A stretch of DNA of 39,689 nucleotides from an uncultured Candidatus Saccharibacteria bacterium (GCA_964494655.1 CAZBRM010000006.1:1-39689); one strand, 5' to 3'. Positions 19,039-28,505 are shown, counted from the first letter of the stretch. The notes: generated by a model not told the origin, from the letters alone. Numbers and translations: made by a program.

Positions 19039-19455
19039 TTATTTAAGTATTGTTGCTTTTATAAGTATATCTTGTCCCGAGCAAGACATAAGTTCTACTA
19101 TTCCATTTCCTGTATGCGGTCCGGTTTTACAAGATTTTTCTGTTGTGCTCCATGAAGGAATTTTATGATTAATCCAAATGTATTTTCCTGTTTGGCCTAA
19201 TTGTTCAAGACGAATCCATCCGCCTGCTTTGAAATGAAGTTCTTTTCCGTTTGTATCACGACTGATTATTGTTCCATCAGCTGTTAGCTTGAAGATTCCA
19301 GAGATAACACGATTAGATTTTTTTTCAGTTGAGGTTTTGTTAGTAATTTCTGGTTTTGGTTTATCTATAGATATACTTGAAAATCTCAAATATGCTACTG
19401 TTATGAGAAAAATTATTGTGATGATTACAACGCTTCCCATTAAAATTCGTTTCAT
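19039..19455 (-). CDS. Hypothetical membrane-anchored protein
   Basis: N-terminal TM, low-complexity linker, beta-rich domain with two Cys; SD AAAGGAGGTG inside the end of the upstream gene. Confidence 0.75.
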   Translation of the reverse strand: MKRILMGSVVIITIIFLITVAYLRFSSISIDKPKPEITNKTSTEKKSNRVISGIFKLTADGTIISRDTNGKELHFKAGGWIRLEQLGQTGKYIWINHKIPSWSTTEKSCKTGPHTGNGIVELMSCSGQDILIKATILK

Positions 19456-19458
19456 TCT

Positions 19459-20625
19459 CTATTCACCTCCTTTTACGTTGCCGGCGAATAATTTAGCGGC
19501 CGTGAGCAGATCAGCTTGTTGTGAGCCCTCCACAGAGATTATCTGACGGCTAATTCCTTTTACATCTGCTGTTGTTTCGGTCAAATTAACAGCTTGATTC
19601 ATGGGAACATTCATGTCAATATACTTTTCTAAAATTTCTTTTTTTGCATCAAGTCTTTTTTTTGCGGCTGTCATTTTAGCTTCTGCGGCTCGCGTTTCTT
19701 CAAATGCCTCTTGCGCTTTTTTTGAAAATTTTAGTTTTGCTACTCTAAACGCGGCTATTTTAATGCCGTATAGTTTTTCAACCCCAGAGTCGGCATCAAA
19801 TTCAAATAAAAGATTTATACGACTAACATTATCTTTATAAAAACGGATAATGTCAATTTCGTCATCAACTAACTTCATATCCCACTTTAAAGGTTTCAGC
19901 TTTTTAACCAACTCTTTGATCTTTTCTTCGGATAGTTTTTCTTTAAGATTTTCAAGGGTCTCATCTTTTAATATTAATCCCATTTCAAATGGAAAGGAAT
20001 GATTTGTTTCTTCTGCTTTATTTATGTAATGATGGGGCGGTTTTTCTAATTGAAGAACACATCGGATTAAAAATTCTATTTCCGTTCGTTCTTCAACAAA
20101 AACATCGGAGTTTTTAATTCCGCAGATTTTTCCAACTTCGCTTTCCACGGCTTCGACCATTCCTTCTTCAATGGTTTTTTCTGTCATTTCAATGTAAACA
20201 TTAAGATCTGCAGGTTTATACTGAACAGATCCTTCGAGAGTAATTTCTAATTTGTCCTTACTTAACGCTACTGCATTAAGTTCTTTGGTTACTAGTTTTT
20301 TGGATTTTATGTTTTCTGGCAATAAGTCATCCATTAAAGGTCTTACAAAATTTAATCCTTCTTTTAGTATTAAGATTGTGTTATTTTCTTTTTCAATTCT
20401 TTTTTTAAATCTAGTTGGCGCTCCAAAATATACGGTTGGGATAATAATAACTGTATTTAGCGCTAACACAGTAATAATTATAGCAAGCCCTAAACAAAAA
20501 AAGCCAATCCAATCAATAAACGCGCCACCTAAAAATGCGCTCAAAATTGTAATCCCTATAATCCACGAAGACATTGCGTTAGAAACAATCTTGCCGGCTT
20601 TCAATCCTTCTTCTGTTTTAAACAT
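19459..20625 (-). CDS. SPFH/Band-7 (prohibitin/HflK-like) membrane protein with an internal insertion
   Basis: Two TM helices, IIP..YFG...RF.KR.....LKEGL.F..P, SKD...I....SVQY, YGI.I..., Ala/Glu-rich coiled coil; SD AAGGAGG. Confidence 0.72.
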   Translation of the reverse strand: MFKTEEGLKAGKIVSNAMSSWIIGITILSAFLGGAFIDWIGFFCLGLAIIITVLALNTVIIIPTVYFGAPTRFKKRIEKENNTILILKEGLNFVRPLMDDLLPENIKSKKLVTKELNAVALSKDKLEITLEGSVQYKPADLNVYIEMTEKTIEEGMVEAVESEVGKICGIKNSDVFVEERTEIEFLIRCVLQLEKPPHHYINKAEETNHSFPFEMGLILKDETLENLKEKLSEEKIKELVKKLKPLKWDMKLVDDEIDIIRFYKDNVSRINLLFEFDADSGVEKLYGIKIAAFRVAKLKFSKKAQEAFEETRAAEAKMTAAKKRLDAKKEILEKYIDMNVPMNQAVNLTETTADVKGISRQIISVEGSQQADLLTAAKLFAGNVKGGE

Positions 20626-20714
20626 TTTCCTTTCCTCCTTTTCTGTAATAAGTTTATTAAATTTTTAAAGGGCTGGGAAATCCAGCACTTCATTTGCTAA
20701 ATTTCATTGTTTAT

Positions 20715-20743
20715 ATTATATATAATAAAATAGAAAAAGTCAA
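20715..20743 (-). promoter_or_regulatory. Sigma70 promoter of the SPFH operon
   Basis: TTGACT-N17-TATAAT on the minus strand. Confidence 0.75.
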
Positions 20744-20763
20744 GGTTCGAGGGCAAGGGGACT

Positions 20764-20807
20764 TAACTAGGGACAGTCCCCAAAGCTTTGGGGACTGTCC
20801 CTAGTTA
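20764..20807. repeat. Perfect 44-bp palindrome made of two GGGACWGTCCC units
   Basis: TAACTAGGGACAGTCCCCAAAG|CTTTGGGGACTGTCCCTAGTTA. Confidence 0.9.
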
Positions 20808-20844
20808 CTTGATTTAATCAGTAAAAAGTTTAAAATATAAATAT

Positions 20845-20928
20845 GCGGACGTGGCGGAATTGGCAGACGCGCCAGGTTTAGGACCTGGTTCCGGTTACGG
20901 AGTGTGGGTTCAACTCCCACCGTCCGCA
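20845..20928 (+). tRNA. tRNA-Leu(UAG)
   Basis: GCGGACG acceptor, CCAGG-TTTAGGA-CCTGG, long variable arm; upstream TTGATT-N16-TAAAAT. Confidence 0.96.
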
Positions 20929-20941
20929 CATGTTTTTATTT

Positions 20942-22630
20942 CTATTCCTCCTTCTCTTCTATAGGATATAAGTCAGGGGATTTGTAATTAGAATAAAATT
21001 CTTGTTTATCAATAAGTTCTCCTTTTTGATAAACTTCTTGAGTAAGGATGGTTTTCATTGAGCCGTCTTCTCCTTTTTCTAAAATATAAGGTCCTTTAAC
21101 CTTTACTGTTCTGCCATCGTTGGTGCCGTAAAAATTGAAAAATAATTGGTGGCCACTTGCAAATGACTGAATCAGAATATGATTTGGGGTGTTGTTAATA
21201 AAGCGTAGGTCAGTCCATGGACTATAAACAGTAGCGTCAAATCCTTGCGGATTATAATATCCTACTGGGAAAGCATGCGGTCTTCTTTGAGTTATTTCTA
21301 ATCCTGCATTAATTGCCGCTCTGAATATAGTTGTTGAAACTTGGCATAATCCGCCTCCGTATTCTAAAACTGTTTCATCTTTTTTTATTACCATTTCCTG
21401 CAGATATCCCTGTTCTGGGCCTGTTTCGCTTATAAAACTATTAAAAGAAAATTCTTCATTCGGATTTATAATTATTCCATTAAGCGTTGCCGTTCCTGTC
21501 TTGATATTGTGAATTCTATTTTTTGAAGAACCGTAAAAGTTTGAAGTCCCTTGGCTGATTAGGACGTTAATTCCTAGGCTATTTGTTTGCCCTAATGTTA
21601 TTTCTGGCAATGATTTGTCAGCTATAATGTTTATTTTTTTATTTGGTTCGCTAGCAAGGATATTATTATTTATTTGTTTAATTGTTTTTTCTGTTTTTAT
21701 TTCAAATCCAGGCTGATCTGGTATAAAAACAATAGCCGTGCTGCTTGATATTTCTAATTGCGCGTTAGTTGCCGGTTTATTTATATCGTAAGAAATTTTT
21801 GATAGATATTTTTTAATTTTATCTTCATTTAAGAAAACACCAAGAATCTGATTGTCAGAATCAATTTCTTTTTCCGGCTTAAACTCAAGCCAATCAATCA
21901 AAGTTTCCTTGTTGATTATCCATGTTCTATCTTCAAGAATTAACTGATATGGCTGTTTTGATAATATTTTTTGAGCTTTTTCATTTGCCAAATTAGTTTC
22001 ATTATTTATTACTGATGGCTCGTCAATGATTAATTCTAAATTAATTGACTCTATAGAAAAATTTGAGGCATTTTTTGATAATTTATTTAATAATTTCCCC
22101 CTATTGATTGTTGTTCCTTTTAGTGAGTGTTGAATAGAAAAATTGTCAACTTCTTCGTTAAAAATTAAAGAAGCATTTTGAGCAGGTTTTTCAATATTTT
22201 TAAATAATTCAGTTATTTTTTCTTCAAATTTCTCGTTATTTATTTCATAAATAGGATCAGTATTTCGTAAGCCCAATAAAGCGGATAGTTGTTCTTTAAT
22301 GTTTGTTATAATATTTACTTGATGCGTAATTTGGTAAGTTTTATTAATTGTTTCTTGCAATTTTAATTTGAATCCTAAATCAGATAATTTAACAGGCCAA
22401 TTATATTCTTGATATAAGAGTATTATCTCTTGTTCACCAAAATCATCACATTGTTTTTTTAATATTTCTTTTGATCTTACAATATTATATCCGCCTAAAT
22501 TAGCATTTGCTATTTTAGTTCCAAAAGCTATTTTTTCACTATTAACAATTTGAAGAATCAGTATTAAATATATTAGTCCTATAAAAGTAACGAGAAGGCC
22601 TGTTATTATTTTACGATAAATTTTCTTCAT
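20942..22630 (-). CDS. VanW-family protein with peptidoglycan-binding-like repeats
   Basis: N-terminal TM; NRIHNI, EEFSFN, YGGGLCQVSTT.FRAA, G.DATVY....DLRF.NNT. Confidence 0.9.
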   Translation of the reverse strand: MKKIYRKIITGLLVTFIGLIYLILILQIVNSEKIAFGTKIANANLGGYNIVRSKEILKKQCDDFGEQEIILLYQEYNWPVKLSDLGFKLKLQETINKTYQITHQVNIITNIKEQLSALLGLRNTDPIYEINNEKFEEKITELFKNIEKPAQNASLIFNEEVDNFSIQHSLKGTTINRGKLLNKLSKNASNFSIESINLELIIDEPSVINNETNLANEKAQKILSKQPYQLILEDRTWIINKETLIDWLEFKPEKEIDSDNQILGVFLNEDKIKKYLSKISYDINKPATNAQLEISSSTAIVFIPDQPGFEIKTEKTIKQINNNILASEPNKKINIIADKSLPEITLGQTNSLGINVLISQGTSNFYGSSKNRIHNIKTGTATLNGIIINPNEEFSFNSFISETGPEQGYLQEMVIKKDETVLEYGGGLCQVSTTIFRAAINAGLEITQRRPHAFPVGYYNPQGFDATVYSPWTDLRFINNTPNHILIQSFASGHQLFFNFYGTNDGRTVKVKGPYILEKGEDGSMKTILTQEVYQKGELIDKQEFYSNYKSPDLYPIEEKEE

Positions 22631-22650
22631 TCTTCTATAATAACACGCTC

Positions 22651-22678
22651 AAAACCCCGCAACAATAAGCGGGGTTTT
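22651..22678. terminator. Intrinsic terminator after hsp20
   Basis: AAAACCCCGC / GCGGGGTTTT. Confidence 0.78.
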
Positions 22679-22702
22679 ATTTGAGATAATAAAGATTAAG
22701 AA

Positions 22703-23269
22703 CTATTCAGCTTTGATTGATATTTTCTTGGTTTTTACTTTTTCTATTTTTGGAAGCCTGATTGTTAAAATGCCATTTTTCATTCCAGCTTCAGCATCGT
22801 CAACTTCTACATCTACTGGCAAAATTACAGAGCGGGAAAAAGGACCCCAATAACATTCTTGGTAATAATAATCTTCTTCTTTTGCTTCGTTGTCTTTTTT
22901 TCTATTTCCTTTTATAGTGATCATGTCATTAGTCATGCTTATATCAATATCTTCTGGTTTAACTCCTGCAATAGTTGATTTAATAACTATTTCGCTTGGA
23001 GTTTGGTATACATCAATAGTAAGCTGTCCCTCTGATTCATCAAGCCAATCTTCTTTTTCATCATCTGATTTTTTTTGAAAAGAAACTTTATTTTCTTTTT
23101 TTTCAGAAACGCTTTTTCCAACCGGTTTTACTTCTTTAATTTTAGATACTTTTTCCTTAACAATAGATTCATCTCCAGAAGATTTTTTCTTTCTTTTAAC
23201 GGTTTCTTTTTCTGATTCTGCCCAGTTAGTTCCAGTTAATTTTTCAAAAAATGATGGTTTTTTAATCAT
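22703..23269 (-). CDS. Hsp20/alpha-crystallin small heat-shock protein
   Basis: EGQLTIDVYQT, AGVKPEDIDI, ECYWGPFSRS..LP, NGILTI.LPK; charged N-terminal extension. Confidence 0.93.
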   Translation of the reverse strand: MIKKPSFFEKLTGTNWAESEKETVKRKKKSSGDESIVKEKVSKIKEVKPVGKSVSEKKENKVSFQKKSDDEKEDWLDESEGQLTIDVYQTPSEIVIKSTIAGVKPEDIDISMTNDMITIKGNRKKDNEAKEEDYYYQECYWGPFSRSVILPVDVEVDDAEAGMKNGILTIRLPKIEKVKTKKISIKAE

Positions 23270-23273
23270 ATTA

Positions 23274-23339
23274 ATCTTGAAACTTGAATTATTAAACTTG
23301 AAACTAATTTTTGTTTCAGGTTTTATGCTTCATACTTCA
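23274..23339. repeat. Two inverted runs of degenerate 7-bp repeats filling the prsW-hsp20 spacer
   Basis: ATCTTGA-AACTTGA-ATTATTA-AACTTGA-AACTAAT, then TGTTTCA-GGTTTTA-TGCTTCA-TACTTCA. Confidence 0.55.
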
Positions 23340-24095
23340 AGAACTTATTTTACAAATAGATTTTTGTTTTTTTAATTTTTTAAAACAAAGAGAAATAAAT
23401 AGCGCTGTAGAAAACAAGAGAACAGCTGTTATAAAAATTAAAATCATCTTATAATTGTCTGTTCTATTAAGCGCTGTGATAATAAGATAATTATAACAAC
23501 TGTGAAAAATAATAGCAATAGTCAGTCCAATTAATATAAATCTTTTTCTTTTTTTTGCGTTTAAAAGGCCTAAAGCGAGCCAGTAGCCGATTATCCCAGA
23601 TGCTAAAGCATGAAGCAGTGTTGCGCCTAAAAAACGAAAGCCGATTATTCCAAATGATTCTCCAAAACTGGGAAAAGGACTTTTAAAAACGACAAGTATA
23701 TTTTCTATAGCGGCGAAACCAAGCCCTGCGATGATACAATATAAAATAACATCAGTTGGTTCATCAAACGCTGGTTTTTTAAGAAATTTATGTTTTATTA
23801 TTGAATATTTTAGATATTCTTCAACTAATGCTGGTACTAATGTTGCAGCTAAAATTGTTTTAATAATGCTATTATAATTTGTTTGGGATAAAAGAGATGT
23901 TAGATCGTAGCTTGGATTAAGTAGCCAGATTAATAGTAATTCCAAAATAATAGCTAGCGGGGCTAGAAGCATTCCCCAGATAAATACTCTTAGAATTATA
24001 GAATTAGGTTCAGGATGCTTGTCTTTTTTTAAATAAAAAGACAACCAGATTAAACTAGGTAAAAGACCGAGACAAATGTAAAAAATATATTGCAT
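23337..24095 (-). CDS. PrsW-family intramembrane metalloprotease
   Basis: D.HPEP, EEYLK, GLGFAAIEN, HAL, H..YN motifs in a multi-TM protein. Confidence 0.9.
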   Translation of the reverse strand: MQYIFYICLGLLPSLIWLSFYLKKDKHPEPNSIILRVFIWGMLLAPLAIILELLLIWLLNPSYDLTSLLSQTNYNSIIKTILAATLVPALVEEYLKYSIIKHKFLKKPAFDEPTDVILYCIIAGLGFAAIENILVVFKSPFPSFGESFGIIGFRFLGATLLHALASGIIGYWLALGLLNAKKRKRFILIGLTIAIIFHSCYNYLIITALNRTDNYKMILIFITAVLLFSTALFISLCFKKLKKQKSICKISS

Positions 24096-24103
24096 AAAAT
24101 TTA

Positions 24104-26161
24104 TTATTTAGGCCATTCTTCAATCATTAATAATTCTTTTTCCTTAAATGATAACGTTTGGTAAATAGCTTCGGTAGAGAATGGAATAAAAGGATGAAGA
24201 ATTTTTAAGGAATTCAATAAAACATAAGCAAGAATTTCTTTTGTTTTTTGGTCATTTTGTTTTTTAGCTGATTCAATATATTTATCGCAAAAATCATGCC
24301 AAAAAAAGTCATAAATTAAATGAGCAGCGCTTCCAAAATGATAGTCTTCAAGATATTTTGTTATTTCCTGGCTTACTTCCTTAAGCTGTTTTAGTATTTT
24401 TTTATCCGCTTGAGTTAATTTTGTTTGTAATTCTGGATTCATCATTCTTATTTCAGAATCTCCAATTTGTATTAAAGCGAATCGGCTTGCATTCCATACT
24501 TTATTAACAAATTTTTTACCCATTAAAATATTGTCTTCTGAGAATTTCATGTCTTGTCCTTCAAATGCTTGATAAATTAGACCGAAGCGCGTTGCATCAG
24601 CTCCGTATTGATTTATTAATTCTAAAGGATCAATTCCTGTTCCTAATGACTTACTCATTCTTTTACCTTGTTTATTGAATACAGTGGCGTGGATGTATAT
24701 ATCTGAAAATGGAGGTTTTTTCATAAATTCTAATCCAGAAAAAATCATTCGGGCTACCCATAAATTAATAATATCGCGAGCAGTACTTAAGGTATTAGTA
24801 GGATAATATATTTCTAAATCCTTTGTTTTTTTAGGCCAGCCAAGAGTTGCTAATGGCCACAAGGCAGAAGAAAACCAAGTATCTAAAACATCATCAACTC
24901 CATCAATTGGAATTTTATGACCCCACCATATTTGTCGTGAAATACACCAGTCTTTGATATTTTTCAGCCAATCAAAATATACTTTTTCCCAACGTTTTGG
25001 ATGAAATTTAATTTCCCCGCTTTTAACTGCTTTTATTGCTTTTTCAGCAAGCTGATCCATTTTAAGAAACCATTGGTTGCTTATTAACGGCTCTATAGTA
25101 TTATTGCAACGATAACAACAAGGGATTTGATGCGAATAATCTTCAATTTTTTCAATTAGATTTTCTTTTTCTAATTTTTCGACAACCTTTTTACGCGCGT
25201 CAAGTATTGTTAAGCTAGCAAAATCTTTACCTGCTTTTTTAGTCATACGTCCCTTTTCGCTAATTACTTGAATTGATTTTAAATTATGTTTTTGACCTAT
25301 TTCAGCGTCAACAAATGAATGAGCTGGCGTAACTTTTACAGCCCCAGTGCCGAATTCAGGATCAATAATTTTATCTGCGATAATGGATATTTCTTTATCA
25401 ATTAGAGGCAGAATTGCATTTTTCCCAATAAATTTTTTGTAACGAGAATCATTTGGATTAACAGCAACGGCTGTGTCCCCAAGCATTGTTTCTGGGCGGG
25501 TAGTAGCAACTATGATGAATTCTTTTGAATCAACCAAAGGATATTTTATGTACCACAAATGACTCTTTTCTTCTTTGTATTCTAGTTCTAAGTCAGATAA
25601 ACTTGTTTGGCATCTAGGACACCAGTTAATTACTCTTTTGCCCTGATAAATCCAGCCTTTTTTGTAATAATGAAGAAAAGCTGTTTTAACCGCGTTTTGA
25701 TAATTTTCATTCATTGTAAAAGCGGTTCGAGACCAATCGCATGAGCATCCCATTTTTTTAAGTTGTTCCAAAATTACTTCGCCGTATTTTTTTTGCCATT
25801 TCCAGACCTCTTTCAAAAACTTTTCTTTTTCTAAATTATGACGGGTTAGCCCTTTCTTTTTAAGTTCTTTTTCAACTACATTTTGAGTTGCTATTCCAGC
25901 ATGATCAGTTCCTGGCAGCCACAACGTTTTATATCCCTGCATTCTTTTGAATCTTATTAAAACATCTTGTAAGGTATTATTTAAAGCATGCCCCATATGA
26001 AGTTCTCCAGTAATATTTGGAGGAGGAATTACAATTGTATATGTTTTGGCAGATTTTTTTACTTTTAATTTATTAGGATTAAAAAACCCTGACTTTTCCC
26101 ATTGTTGGTAAATCTTTTCTTCGTTTTCTTTTGAATTGTACGCTTTTGGAAGTTGTTTCAT
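24104..26161 (-). CDS. valS: Valine--tRNA ligase, compact form without the C-terminal coiled coil
   Basis: PPPNITG.LHMGH, ATTRPETMLGD, DWCISRQIWWGH, DVLDTWFSS, RMSKS. Confidence 0.97.
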   Translation of the reverse strand: MKQLPKAYNSKENEEKIYQQWEKSGFFNPNKLKVKKSAKTYTIVIPPPNITGELHMGHALNNTLQDVLIRFKRMQGYKTLWLPGTDHAGIATQNVVEKELKKKGLTRHNLEKEKFLKEVWKWQKKYGEVILEQLKKMGCSCDWSRTAFTMNENYQNAVKTAFLHYYKKGWIYQGKRVINWCPRCQTSLSDLELEYKEEKSHLWYIKYPLVDSKEFIIVATTRPETMLGDTAVAVNPNDSRYKKFIGKNAILPLIDKEISIIADKIIDPEFGTGAVKVTPAHSFVDAEIGQKHNLKSIQVISEKGRMTKKAGKDFASLTILDARKKVVEKLEKENLIEKIEDYSHQIPCCYRCNNTIEPLISNQWFLKMDQLAEKAIKAVKSGEIKFHPKRWEKVYFDWLKNIKDWCISRQIWWGHKIPIDGVDDVLDTWFSSALWPLATLGWPKKTKDLEIYYPTNTLSTARDIINLWVARMIFSGLEFMKKPPFSDIYIHATVFNKQGKRMSKSLGTGIDPLELINQYGADATRFGLIYQAFEGQDMKFSEDNILMGKKFVNKVWNASRFALIQIGDSEIRMMNPELQTKLTQADKKILKQLKEVSQEITKYLEDYHFGSAAHLIYDFFWHDFCDKYIESAKKQNDQKTKEILAYVLLNSLKILHPFIPFSTEAIYQTLSFKEKELLMIEEWPK

Positions 26162-26188
26162 TGATTTTAATATAACAGAATTATTTTT

Positions 26189-27217
26189 TTAGGTAAACAA
26201 TCTTAAATTTGCGTTTGCTTCAATATTAAGCCAACTTTGTTTAAGAGTTGGCTTCTTTCTATGCCCAGCTATGCAGGCAATCATAGCAGCGTTATCGGTA
26301 CATAATTTTATTTGAGGCATTTGAAAATTAACATGATTCAATTCTTTTTTAACAGTCAGTTCCATCTGTTTTCTTAATTCTTTATTAGCGGCTACGCCGC
26401 CCGAAAGCATTACATTTTTAACCTTATATTCTTTTGCTGCTTTTATAGTTTTATAAACCAAAACATCAATGGCTGCTTGTTGAAACGAAGCAGCCATGTC
26501 GTTGATATATTGATTATTAATTTTTTTAGGATTTTGTTTTTTTACTTCATAAAGAACAGCTGTTTTTAATCCAGAAAAAGAAAAATCAAGATTTTGCCTA
26601 TTGATCATTGGCCTGGGTAAATTAAATTTTTTAGGATTTCCTTTTTCTGCTTTCTGTGAAATAATTGGTCCTCCTGGATAGCCAAGTCCAAGCAATTTTG
26701 CAACTTTATCAAAAGCTTCTCCAACAGCGTCATCACGTGTTTCTCCCAGAAGCTTATATTGACCATGTTTCTTCATTAATACTAATTGTGTATGTCCGCC
26801 TGAGACGATTAAGCAGAGAATAGGAAAATTTAAAGTTGAATTTGAATTATCGAGCCAGTTGGCATAGATATGTCCTTTAATATGATTAATTCCTATAATC
26901 GGTTTTTGCCAGTTATAGGCGAGCGCTTTGGCGAAATTAACACCGACTAATAGAGAAGGGATTAAGCCAGGACCGACAGTCACAGCGATTAAATCAATTT
27001 CAGGATTTTTTGCTTCTTTCAACGCTTGTTTAAGGCATGGCCCAATATTTTTCAAATGTTCGCGAGCCGCTAGATTAGGAACTATACCTCCATAAGCGGC
27101 ATGTACTTTTATTTGCGATGAAACAATATTTGATAAAATCTTAAAACCTTTAGTATTTTTTTTAACCAAGGCAATGCCAGTATCATCGCATGATGTTTCT
27201 ATTCCTAAAATAATCAT
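26189..27217 (-). CDS. tsaD: tRNA threonylcarbamoyladenosine transferase
   Basis: ILGIETSCDDT, GPGL, H..GH, VSGGHT, DDAVGEAFDK, FSFSGLKT, GGVAAN, TDNAAMI. Confidence 0.97.
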   Translation of the reverse strand: MIILGIETSCDDTGIALVKKNTKGFKILSNIVSSQIKVHAAYGGIVPNLAAREHLKNIGPCLKQALKEAKNPEIDLIAVTVGPGLIPSLLVGVNFAKALAYNWQKPIIGINHIKGHIYANWLDNSNSTLNFPILCLIVSGGHTQLVLMKKHGQYKLLGETRDDAVGEAFDKVAKLLGLGYPGGPIISQKAEKGNPKKFNLPRPMINRQNLDFSFSGLKTAVLYEVKKQNPKKINNQYINDMAASFQQAAIDVLVYKTIKAAKEYKVKNVMLSGGVAANKELRKQMELTVKKELNHVNFQMPQIKLCTDNAAMIACIAGHRKKPTLKQSWLNIEANANLRLFT

Positions 27218-27223
27218 ACTGCA

Positions 27224-27252
27224 ACTTTACAGGATTCCTTGTTTTTTTTCAA
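27224..27252 (-). promoter_or_regulatory. Promoter of tsaD, predicted leaderless
   Basis: TTGAAA-N17-TAAAGT-N6-ATG. Confidence 0.55.
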
Positions 27253-27280
27253 ATTTTTGGTAGAATATTAAAGATAATAT

Positions 27281-27351
27281 GGCCCCATCGTCTATCGGCA
27301 GGACGCTAGGTTTTCATCCTAGTAAGAGGAGTTCGACTCTCCTTGGGGCTA
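27281..27351 (+). tRNA. tRNA-Glu(UUC)
   Basis: GGCCCCA/TGGGGCT acceptor, CTAGG-TTTTCAT-CCTAG, AGGAG-TTCGACT-CTCCT. Confidence 0.94.
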
Positions 27352-27374
27352 CTAAGATTTTCTTGTTGAAAATG

Positions 27375-27405
27375 AAAAAGGGAAGCTTAGTTAGCTTCCC
27401 CTTTA
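27375..27405. terminator. Bidirectional terminator between tRNA-Glu and the dnaA-like gene
   Basis: GGGAAGCT / AGCTTCCC flanked by A and T tracts. Confidence 0.72.
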
Positions 27406-27424
27406 TATTTTCCCGCTCAAAAAA

Positions 27425-28459
27425 CTAAAAAGAAGATATTCCTCCTTTTAATCTTCTCTCCAAAGAACTTATGGTTTCTCTTAATTCAGGATCTTTTTTT
27501 GTTTCTTCTTTTAATTTATCAAGACTATAGATCACTGTAGAATGACCTCGACTTACCAATCTCCCAATTAATTTTAAAGGTTGGGCAGTTAATTCTTTGC
27601 ATAAATGAAAATAAATTCTCCTGGGCAGAGAATACGCCTTTTTTCGTGATTTAGATTTAATCATTTGAATGTCTGCCTTAAAAAAGGCACAAACAGTTTC
27701 AAGTATTTCTTTTAAAGTCAATTCTCCTTTCTGAGAAAAATATAGTCCCAAAACTTCGTTTACTGTTTCTTTGATAGGAGTCTCAGGACAGAAATTTATC
27801 CTTGTTTTAATATTTTCTAGAATTCCTATCAATTGACGAATGTCTCTTATTGGAATTGTGGCAAGATAGATGATAACATCTTTAGATATCGGCAATTTCA
27901 TGTGTTTAGCATAAGAAACAATAATCTTGCTAATTGTCTGCGAATTAGGAAAATGAATCTCAGTTCTTAAGGCACTAGAAATTATCGATTTCAACTCTTC
28001 TAGAAGATTCAATCCTTCAAGAAAAATTGAAGATGTTAATACTATCTTAACTTTTCTTTCAGCCAGCTTTTTTAAAATCGATAAAAGAAGAAGCTGATTT
28101 TTTCTATCCCTTTTCAGAAAATGAATCCCATCAAAAACAAAAGCCTGACAATCCAATAATTTCTGCTGCAACTCTTCTAGTTGTTCTTTTTTAGCAGATA
28201 TAAAGATATTGCCATCAACATAAACAAATTTCTTTCCTGTTTCCGCCATGGCGGAACACAAGCTTTCGGTTAGATGTGTTTTCCCCAATCCTGTTTCCGC
28301 CAAAATTAAGATTTTCTTGCCATAAACTTGTTCATCTTTGGCAAACATTTTTGTCAGCCAAAAAACAAAACTGTTCTCTTCTCCGACAACAAAATTCTTG
28401 AACCTAAAAGCAGGGTTCAAAGAATCTATCCTACTTTTGAAAATATCTATTATAGTCAT
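27425..28459 (-). CDS. Divergent DnaA-like protein (AAA+ domain III plus DNA-binding domain IV only)
   Basis: LNP.FRF.NFVVG..N, Walker A TGLGKTHL, IRQL.G sensor II, KSRKK....PR and HSTVIYS domain IV. Confidence 0.85.
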   Translation of the reverse strand: MTIIDIFKSRIDSLNPAFRFKNFVVGEENSFVFWLTKMFAKDEQVYGKKILILAETGLGKTHLTESLCSAMAETGKKFVYVDGNIFISAKKEQLEELQQKLLDCQAFVFDGIHFLKRDRKNQLLLLSILKKLAERKVKIVLTSSIFLEGLNLLEELKSIISSALRTEIHFPNSQTISKIIVSYAKHMKLPISKDVIIYLATIPIRDIRQLIGILENIKTRINFCPETPIKETVNEVLGLYFSQKGELTLKEILETVCAFFKADIQMIKSKSRKKAYSLPRRIYFHLCKELTAQPLKLIGRLVSRGHSTVIYSLDKLKEETKKDPELRETISSLERRLKGGISSF

Positions 28460-28505
28460 TTTTCTCTCCCTGTTTTTAAGGTTCTAGCCGATAAGTCCAT
28501 ACTTG

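Noticed and set aside
20682-20700. CIRCE-like sequence CAGCACTTCATTTGCTAA upstream of the SPFH gene
   Set aside because: Arms and spacing do not fit TTAGCACTC-N9-GAGTGCTAA.
20942-22630. Vancomycin resistance locus
   Set aside because: Only a VanW-domain gene is present, without vanHAX or vanRS; stand-alone VanW proteins are widespread.
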